Shown here: piece by piece, positions 8,048 to 14,413 of the stretch
How the letters are laid out: each line of letters starts with the position of its first letter
Position numbering within the stretch: position 1 is the first letter of the stretch
From: a bacterium
Lineage (GTDB): Bacteria; UBA9089; CG2-30-40-21
Direction: 5' to 3'
Assembly: GCA_043823615.1 (NCBI GenBank)
Contig: JBDRAP010000154.1
Coordinates: 1-25,516 of the forward strand
DNA length: 25,516 nt
Notes under the pieces: model-generated
The model's input: only the letters and a program-made list of their open reading frames with translations
Told to the model about the DNA's origin: nothing
Databases searched by the model: none
Program-made: the position numbers and the translations under genes

Positions 8048-9493
8048 ATGCGTGAAGAATGTGGAATATTTGGAATATGGGGACATGAAAATGAGGGAGC
8101 CCCTCTGGCAGAGACAACCCATCTATCAACAGCAAGACTAACCTATCTTGGGTTATTTGCCCTTCAGCATCGTGGACAGGAGAGTGCCGGAATCACTTAT
8201 CTTCAAGAAGGCAGGTTGAAAACCATTAAAGGGATGGGGCTTGTTTCAGAGGTTTTTTTAACACAAAATCTTGATGACATCGTAAGCACAGCAGCTATTG
8301 GGCATGTGCGATATTCTACCACAGGCTCATCTGTATTGGAAAATGCTCAGCCAATTAGTGTTACCTATGCAGGGGGACAGCTTTCTGCTGCTCATAATGG
8401 AAATCTGGTAAATGCCAATACACTTCGGGAAATGTTAGAGAAGCAAGGATGTGCTTTTCAAACAACATCTGATAGTGAGGTTATTATTCAGCTTATTGTT
8501 TCCCATGCTGCCTCTTGTGATTTGTATCAAGGAATTAGTAGAGCCAGTTCTTTTATTAAGGGTGCTTATGCCCTTATTCTTATGACAAATAAGGAATTGA
8601 TTGGCATAAGGGATGAGTTTGGTTTTAGACCGTTGTGCATAGGAAGGCTAAATGACAGCTTTGTGTTTGCCTCAGAAAGTTGTGCCTTAGATATTATTGG
8701 TGCAAAATATATAAGAGATGTAGAGCCTGGGGAGATGGTTATTATTAATCATTCAGGGATAACCTCTGCCAGAGAGGCTCCCTCTGCCGGAGGGGCTCCC
8801 TCTCAAAAGTCTGTGGATCAGCCTAAGAAATATAGGCAATGTATCTTTGAGCACATCTACTTTGCCCGACCAGATAGCAAGGTATTTGGCAGAAGCGTAT
8901 ATAATGTCCGCAAGCAAAGTGGCAGATGCTTAGCCAATGAATCCCCTGTTTCAGCAGACATGGTTATTCCTATTCCTGATTCAGGGGTACCTGCAGCCTT
9001 AGGGTATGCAGAGGGGTGTGGGATTAGGTATGAACTCGGATTGATCAGAAATCACTATGTTGGTCGTACATTTATCAATCCAAAACAATCTATCAGGGAG
9101 TTTGGGGCTTCCATAAAGTTGAACCCGGTAAAAGAGATTATTGTAAATAAACGAGTGATTTTGGTGGACGATTCCATTGTTCGGGGTACTACCTGTAAAA
9201 AGATAATAAAAATGATTCGGAATGCCGGGGCAAGTGAGGTGCATCTGAGAATAAGCTCCCCACCGATCAAGCATTCATGCTTTTATGGCGTAGATACGCC
9301 AGACCCTGCAGAATTGATTGCTGCCAACCATAGCCTTGAGGAGACAAGAGATTTTATTGGGGTAGACAGTCTTGCCTATTTGAGCATTGAGGGTCTTTTA
9401 TCTGCTGCTTCATCGAATAAAGGTGCTGCCTCATCTACGGAAAATAATGAATTTTGCACAGCATGCTTTGATGGGGAATATCCAATTAGGTAA
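8048..9493 (+). CDS. purF: Amidophosphoribosyltransferase (Fe-S type, short propeptide)
   Basis: MREE-CGIFG (Ntn Cys), QHRGQESAG, IGHVRYST, AHNGNL, PRPP motif VILVDDSIVRGTT, Fe-S cysteines in ESCA, SCFYG, FCTACF. Confidence 0.97.
   Translation: MREECGIFGIWGHENEGAPLAETTHLSTARLTYLGLFALQHRGQESAGITYLQEGRLKTIKGMGLVSEVFLTQNLDDIVSTAAIGHVRYSTTGSSVLENAQPISVTYAGGQLSAAHNGNLVNANTLREMLEKQGCAFQTTSDSEVIIQLIVSHAASCDLYQGISRASSFIKGAYALILMTNKELIGIRDEFGFRPLCIGRLNDSFVFASESCALDIIGAKYIRDVEPGEMVIINHSGITSAREAPSAGGAPSQKSVDQPKKYRQCIFEHIYFARPDSKVFGRSVYNVRKQSGRCLANESPVSADMVIPIPDSGVPAALGYAEGCGIRYELGLIRNHYVGRTFINPKQSIREFGASIKLNPVKEIIVNKRVILVDDSIVRGTTCKKIIKMIRNAGASEVHLRISSPPIKHSCFYGVDTPDPAELIAANHSLEETRDFIGVDSLAYLSIEGLLSAASSNKGAASSTENNEFCTACFDGEYPIR
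8093..8113 (-). repeat. In-frame palindromic micro-insert in purF (reverse copy)
   Basis: GAGGGAGCCCCTCTGGCAGAG, reverse complement CTCTGCCAGAGGGGCTCCCTC, 20/21 identical to each copy at 8764-8802; encodes EGAPLAE. Confidence 0.75.
8764..8802 (+). repeat. Two tandem in-frame micro-inserts in purF (18-bp period)
   Basis: CTCTGCCAGAGAGGCTCCCTC (8764-8784) and CTCTGCCGGAGGGGCTCCCTC (8782-8802); encodes SAREAPSAGGAPS. Confidence 0.8.
9403..9435 (+). repeat. 21-bp-period imperfect duplication near the purF 3' end
   Basis: TGCTGCTTCATC (9403-9414) and TGCTGCCTCATC (9424-9435); encodes AASSNKG-AASSTEN. Confidence 0.6.
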
Positions 9494-9538
9494 TAAGAAG
9501 ACAGGAGTCAGTCCCTACAACGGCAACTGTTCATTATT

Positions 9539-9568
9539 GTCGGACAAGTCAGACTGGTCGGACAAGTC
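9539..9568 (+). repeat. Short intergenic direct repeat
   Basis: GTCGGACAAGTC twice (9539-9550, 9557-9568), period 18. Confidence 0.7.
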
Positions 9569-9691
9569 TGAAGGTATGAAAACAATCCTTTGTGGTTGTC
9601 CGTTTCCCTATCAATCACTGACCCATTGCCATGACTCCTGTATTTTCTGCCACCTGTGGTACATTCTCTCACCTAAAATCAAAAAAATATC

Positions 9692-9720
9692 TTGACAAAT
9701 TTCAAAAATTGAGGTAAACT
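9692..9720 (+). promoter_or_regulatory. Sigma70-type promoter for the tRNA pair
   Basis: TTGACA (9692-9697), 17 nt, TAAACT (9715-9720), 16 nt before tRNA-Gln. Confidence 0.7.
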
Positions 9721-9736
9721 GTACTATATCAATTGT

Positions 9737-9810
9737 TGGGGAGTCGTCTAATGGTAGGACGCAAGCCTCTGGAGCTTGTTGTGAGGGTTCAAATCCTTCC
9801 TCCCCAGCCA
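9737..9810 (+). tRNA. tRNA-Gln (anticodon CTG)
   Basis: Acceptor TGGGGAG/CTCCCCA, anticodon arm CAAGC-ctCTGga-GCTTG, T-loop TTCAAAT, encoded CCA; 74 nt. Confidence 0.95.
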
Positions 9811-9817
9811 GAAATGC

Positions 9818-9892
9818 GGCGCTATCGTCTAGGGGTCAGGATACATGGTTCTCAGCCATGGGACCGGGGTTCAAATCCCCGTAGCGCTACCA
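9818..9892 (+). tRNA. tRNA-Glu (anticodon CTC)
   Basis: Acceptor GGCGCTA/TAGCGCT, anticodon arm CATGG-ttCTCag-CCATG, T-arm CGGGG-TTCAAAT-CCCCG, encoded CCA; 75 nt. Confidence 0.95.
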
Positions 9893-9920
9893 TTACGAAT
9901 AAATAAAGAGGTGTATATTT

Positions 9921-10940
9921 ATGCCTATTTTTTCTCCTTCCTTATCTGTTGGTGGAACAGAAATACCAAGATTAAAAAAAGTCCTTCGAAAGCTTCAGCT
10001 TGGAAGTGCAGAGGAAGCTATCGTAGCTACTGGATTTTTGATTAAAGAGCTTTCCAAGCAACCCGTTACCCCTGAGGTTCAGGAGGTAATGAAGCAGCTT
10101 ATCAACAGGCTGATTCGGGATTCTCACAGCATGTGTTCCAGTGTGAGGGAAAGGTCTATCAGAGAGCTTGGAAAGCTGATAAATGAATTGGTAAAGTCCA
10201 AGGATCTGGAAGGGCTAAGATATGTAACACGGTCAAGCACATCCCCTGAGACCAGAAATCGTGCCTTGAAAGAATTGGTGAGATTTGAAGACCTTAAGGG
10301 TTTACGATATATCTCTCAATGGGGTAGGTATCGGGAGATAAGAAACAGGTCTGTTGATGAACTTGCCAAGTTTAAGGATATTGAGGGATTAAGATATGTA
10401 GCCCAGTGGAATATGTATAAGGATACGGCTGGTCGGGCTATAAGGGAATTGGAGGGTCTGATAGAACGATTGGTAAGGTTTAAGGATAGGGATGGATTAA
10501 AATGTCTTATCAACTGCAGTCGCAATAAAGATGCAAAACAAAAGGCTATTGAAGGGTTAGAAAAACTGCTTGATGATCTGATTCGGGCAAAGGATATTGA
10601 TTCATTAAGATATGTTGCCGGACTTGGAACCAATAGGAATAGACGAGCTCGAGCTGTAGAAGAGATACGGGATGTAAAAAGTCTTAAATATATAGTTAGA
10701 TGTACAAAAAATGTTTTTAGGGATACATGCTTAAAGGCAGTTGAAGAGCTTGGGAAATTTATTGAAGACATAGTCAAGACCAAGGATCGGGAATCATTAG
10801 AATATCTGGCTGAATTTAGTACAGATGAGATTGTCTGGAAACGAGCCATAGAAGAATTGCACAGGATTAGAGAGGTGAGCCACGATGACAAGGTAGCCGA
10901 ATCCCTTCAAAAGATATTACTCCCCAGGGGAACAACATAG
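9921..10940 (+). CDS. Hypothetical alpha-helical (HEAT-like) tandem-repeat protein
   Basis: 339 aa, AGAGGTG SD; about 7 units of ~29-36 aa with consensus L(V)xxKDxxGLRYV...RAxxEL. Confidence 0.75.
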   Translation: MPIFSPSLSVGGTEIPRLKKVLRKLQLGSAEEAIVATGFLIKELSKQPVTPEVQEVMKQLINRLIRDSHSMCSSVRERSIRELGKLINELVKSKDLEGLRYVTRSSTSPETRNRALKELVRFEDLKGLRYISQWGRYREIRNRSVDELAKFKDIEGLRYVAQWNMYKDTAGRAIRELEGLIERLVRFKDRDGLKCLINCSRNKDAKQKAIEGLEKLLDDLIRAKDIDSLRYVAGLGTNRNRRARAVEEIRDVKSLKYIVRCTKNVFRDTCLKAVEELGKFIEDIVKTKDRESLEYLAEFSTDEIVWKRAIEELHRIREVSHDDKVAESLQKILLPRGTT

Positions 10941-10947
10941 AGAAAAA

Positions 10948-11159
10948 GTAATAGTTCACCGCAGAGACGCAGAGGCACAGAGGATGGAAATTAATCAGAC
11001 ACAGAAAAAAGACTAATTGGTAAGACAAGTTGATTTGTCGATAGTTTACAATGTCAATGTCAATGTTTCTGTCTTAAGAAATGGAATCAAGCATATGGCC
11101 AATAAACTTTTAAGTTTTTCTCCGTGTCTCTGCGTCTCTGCGGTTAGCTGAACTGTTAC
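10948..11159. mobile_element. MITE-like element, family A copy 2 (212 bp) with 8-bp target-site duplication
   Basis: TIR GTAATAGTTCA / TGAACTGTTAC (10/11); inner arms CCGCAGAGACGCAGAG / CTCTGCGTCTCTGCGG; GAGAAAAA directly repeated at 10940-10947 and 11160-11167. Confidence 0.8.
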
Positions 11160-11178
11160 GAGAAAAATAAGTCTTCTT

Positions 11179-11198
11179 ATAGGTCATATATGACCTAT
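11179..11198. promoter_or_regulatory. Perfect 20-bp palindrome (candidate operator or repeat remnant)
   Basis: ATAGGTCATA|TATGACCTAT, 14 nt upstream of the ATG at 11213. Confidence 0.45.
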
Positions 11199-11212
11199 TC
11201 TTTGAGGCTATA

Positions 11213-11365
11213 ATGAATATCATCAAACAATATTTATGGATTCCTTTGGTTGTTTTGGGAATAGGTTTTATTATTCAGGGAATTCTGCTAACAGAATATG
11301 AAAAGGCTTACAGCAATGCTGCCTTTATTTGCTTATCCTGCATTGGGATTGAGGAAGCATATTAG
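11213..11365 (+). CDS. Small membrane protein with CxxC motif (CD1871A-like), absent from the ORF track
   Basis: 50 aa MNIIKQYLWIPLVVLGIGFIIQGILLTEYEKAYSNAAFICLSCIGIEEAY; one TM helix plus ICLSCIGI; GAGG SD; TAG abuts the next ATG. Confidence 0.85.
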   Translation: MNIIKQYLWIPLVVLGIGFIIQGILLTEYEKAYSNAAFICLSCIGIEEAY

Positions 11366-12160
11366 ATGAACAGGTATCGTCGGCTTACACAGATAATTTC
11401 TCTTGCATTGTCCAATTGTTATATCTTATCCGGCTTAAAATATTGCCCTTTTCCAATAATGAATTGTCACGCCTGCCCCTTAGCCGCAACTGCCTGTGGA
11501 ATTGGAGCCCTTCAACATTTTCTTACAATAGGTGCCTTTCCTTTTCTTGTTCTTGGGATATTCATCTTGGTTGGCTCAACCATTGGCAGGCTTCTTTGTG
11601 GTTGGGCATGCCCCTTTGGATTTCTTCAGGAACTTCTTTATAAGATTCCTATGAACAAGCTAACCCTTCCACAATGGACAGGTATGTTTAAGTATCTGGT
11701 GTTCTTAATATTAGTCGTATTATTGCCAGTTGTTATTCAGGAGCCGTGGTTTTGTAAACTTTGTCCGGTTGGTGCCTTAGAAGCAGGTGTTCCCCTCTGG
11801 ATAAAGGATGATGGTATCCGACAGATGATTGGTCCTCTTTTTCATGTCAAATTTCTAATCATTTACAGTATTATTTATTTTATGATGATTACAGAGAGAC
11901 CATTTTGTCGAATGCTCTGTCCGGCAGGGGCAATGCTCTCGTTGTTTAAGAAAATCTCTTTATTTCGGGTAAGCGGTGTACCGGATAAATGTATCCCCTG
12001 TAGCAAATGTATGAGGAAATGTCCTGCTGGTGTTACCCCTATTTCTAATGATTGTGTGATGTGTATGAATTGTATTGGTACCTGCAAGCATGTAAAGGCA
12101 GGGATGATGGAAGTCAACAACAAGGGTATAAAGGCACAAAGGTATTCAGATGAAAAATAA
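11366..12160 (+). CDS. Membrane 4Fe-4S binding protein (NapH/MauN/FixG-like polyferredoxin)
   Basis: CHACP, GRLLCGWACPFG, FCKLCPVG, RPFCRMLCPAG, CIPCSKCMRKCP, CVMCMNCIGTC with interleaved TM segments. Confidence 0.88.
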   Translation: MNRYRRLTQIISLALSNCYILSGLKYCPFPIMNCHACPLAATACGIGALQHFLTIGAFPFLVLGIFILVGSTIGRLLCGWACPFGFLQELLYKIPMNKLTLPQWTGMFKYLVFLILVVLLPVVIQEPWFCKLCPVGALEAGVPLWIKDDGIRQMIGPLFHVKFLIIYSIIYFMMITERPFCRMLCPAGAMLSLFKKISLFRVSGVPDKCIPCSKCMRKCPAGVTPISNDCVMCMNCIGTCKHVKAGMMEVNNKGIKAQRYSDEK

Positions 12161-13121
12161 AAAGTTCTGGATAGGAATAGGGATAAGCGTTATCTTTCTG
12201 TATTTTGCCCTTAAAAGTATAGAGATTGAAAAGGTATTAAAGGCATTTGAAGATATAAACTACATCTATATCTTTCCGGTTATATTCTTTACCCTCCTTA
12301 CCTATGTTATTCGGGCATGGAGATGGAGATACTTTTTCAGGCATGTAAAGCCTATACCGTTTTCATCCCTATTTTCTGCAGTAATGATTGGATTTATGGC
12401 TAATGCTATCCTTCCTGCCCGAATAGGGGAGTTAGTCAGGGCATACTGCATTGGCAAAAAGGAGAATATAAGTAAAAGCATGTCTTTTGCCACGATTGTT
12501 CTGGAAAGGATATTTGATGGCTTTTCCCTACTTTTTCTGTTTGTAATCACATTGATACTGTATCCGTTCCCTGAAGAGATTAGAAGAATCGGCTATATAG
12601 TTGCAGCTATCTATCTTGTGGCTGCCGGGATATTAATCTCTATCAAGGTTTGGAGTCAGCAGACAATAAAAATTATTAAATTTCTGTGCTCTTATCTGCC
12701 AAAGCGAATGGGAACAGCTATAACAGGATATGCCCATTCCTTTATCTCTGGGCTGGATGTTCTTGAAAATGGATGGGATGTGTTTTTTATCCTGCTGTAT
12801 TCTATAATCCTGTGGACTATCTCAGCCGTTAGTTTTTACTTCATGTTCCCTGCATGCCATCTCAATCAACTTCCATTTCTTGCCGCATTATTCTTACTCA
12901 TTGTGGTTGCTATTGGGATTGCCATCCCTGCAGCACCTGGTGCTATAGGAACATTTCAGTATTTTACCATGCTTGGACTTGCTGTATTTGGAATAGATAA
13001 GAATATTGGGCTTACCTTTTCTATAGTCCTTCATATTACCCAGATTGCTGTTCCAATTTTTATTGGATGGATATACCTTTGCAAGGAACAAATATCGTTT
13101 GGAGAGATAAGTCGTGAATAA
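12150..13121 (+). CDS. UPF0104 / lysylphosphatidylglycerol synthase TM-domain (flippase-like) membrane protein
   Basis: RAWRW, IGFMANAILPARIGELVRA, TIVLERIFD, IPAAPGAIGTF; about 8-9 TM helices. Confidence 0.85.
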   Translation: MKNKKFWIGIGISVIFLYFALKSIEIEKVLKAFEDINYIYIFPVIFFTLLTYVIRAWRWRYFFRHVKPIPFSSLFSAVMIGFMANAILPARIGELVRAYCIGKKENISKSMSFATIVLERIFDGFSLLFLFVITLILYPFPEEIRRIGYIVAAIYLVAAGILISIKVWSQQTIKIIKFLCSYLPKRMGTAITGYAHSFISGLDVLENGWDVFFILLYSIILWTISAVSFYFMFPACHLNQLPFLAALFLLIVVAIGIAIPAAPGAIGTFQYFTMLGLAVFGIDKNIGLTFSIVLHITQIAVPIFIGWIYLCKEQISFGEISRE

Positions 13122-13203
13122 AAATGACAAGTGTGAACAACCACAGGCACAGAGGGCAGCCACAGTAGATTGCCCCTATAATTACCAGGAGGTTACTTAA
13201 CAA

Positions 13204-14388
13204 ATGTTTTCTCAACAAATAAAATATTCTAAGGGATTGAATAGTTTGCCGCCATATCTTTTTGTCAGAATAGACCAGCTCAAACAAGAGGAAAGGGCAA
13301 TGGGTGCGGATTTGATAGACTTGAGTATTGGTGATCCGGATATTCCTACACCAAACCACATTGTTGAGGCAATGGGTCAGGCTATCAGGGATTCGGCTAC
13401 GCATCGTTATCCATCATCAAACGGTCGTCTTGATTTTAGACAGGCAGCGGCAAACTGGTGTAGCTCACGGTTTGGACTAAATTTGAATCCAGAAAATGAA
13501 ATCATTTCCCTTATTGGTTCTAAGGAGGGTATTGGACATACACCATTTGCCTTTATTGATCATGGTGATGTGGTATTGGTGCCTTCACCAGGCTATCCTG
13601 TGTATCAGGCAGCAACTATTCTTGCCGGAGGAATTCCATATCCAATGCCGCTTTTAAGAGAAAACAACTTTCTGCCCTTGCTTGAGGATATTCCTCAGGA
13701 TATACTTAACAAGGCAAAGCTGATGTTTTTGAATTACCCCAATAACCCTACCGGGGCAACGAGTACCCTTGAGTTTTTCAAACAGGTAGTGGATTTTGCT
13801 GTTAAACACAATATTATTGTTTGTCATGATATGGCTTATTCAGAAATGTACTATGACAATACTGCCCCTCACAGCTTTCTTGAGGTGCAGGGGGCAGGGG
13901 ATATTGGCATGGAATTTTTTTCATTGTCAAAAACCTATCAGATGACTGGTTGGCGCACAGGGTTTGCGGTCGGAAATAAAGACTTGATTGCCGGTCTCTT
14001 AAAGGTTAAAAGCAACCTTGATTCTGGTGCCTTTGAGGCTGTCCAGATGGCTGGGGCAAAAGCCCTTTCCTCTTCTCAGGACTGTGTAGAAAAGATGAGG
14101 GGCGTGTATCAGGAAAGACGGGATGTCTTGATAAATGGTCTGACTCAGGTTGGCTGGGATGTATATAAGCCTCAAGCAACCTTTTATGTCTGGATAGCTA
14201 CACCGCATGGCTATACCTCTGAGAAAATGACTACACGGCTTTTAAGGGAACTAAAGATAGTTGCTACCCCTGGTAATGGCTTTGGAGATTTTGGTGAAGG
14301 GTATATCCGTATGGCTTTAACCGTTGACAAACAAAGGATGCAAGAGGCAGTTGACAGGATACTGAGCTGGGGAATTGGCAGGGCGTAA
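13204..14388 (+). CDS. dapL: Class I PLP aminotransferase, probably LL-diaminopimelate aminotransferase
   Basis: LPPYLF, IDLSIGDPD, IGSKEGIGH, FLNYPNNPTGA, HDMAYSE, SLSKTYQMTGWRTG (PLP Lys), TPGNGFG. Confidence 0.75.
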   Translation: MFSQQIKYSKGLNSLPPYLFVRIDQLKQEERAMGADLIDLSIGDPDIPTPNHIVEAMGQAIRDSATHRYPSSNGRLDFRQAAANWCSSRFGLNLNPENEIISLIGSKEGIGHTPFAFIDHGDVVLVPSPGYPVYQAATILAGGIPYPMPLLRENNFLPLLEDIPQDILNKAKLMFLNYPNNPTGATSTLEFFKQVVDFAVKHNIIVCHDMAYSEMYYDNTAPHSFLEVQGAGDIGMEFFSLSKTYQMTGWRTGFAVGNKDLIAGLLKVKSNLDSGAFEAVQMAGAKALSSSQDCVEKMRGVYQERRDVLINGLTQVGWDVYKPQATFYVWIATPHGYTSEKMTTRLLRELKIVATPGNGFGDFGEGYIRMALTVDKQRMQEAVDRILSWGIGRA

Positions 14389-14413
14389 CTGTTTTATCAA
14401 AATGAAGAATATT

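Noticed and set aside
9576-9695. Cys/His-rich short ORF MKTILCGCPFP... (tail of track ORF 9387-9695)
   Set aside because: No properly spaced SD, overlaps the tRNA promoter, no recognisable motif; cannot be supported.
9845-10045. 66-aa ORF starting in tRNA-Glu
   Set aside because: Overlaps a clear tRNA and the next gene in another frame.
10316-10891. 191-aa antisense ORF
   Set aside because: Shadow of the repeat protein, Ser/Leu-rich as expected from the opposite strand.
9893-10947. Integrated island at the tRNA-Glu 3' end
   Set aside because: No integrase and no duplicated tRNA 3' end found downstream in the window.
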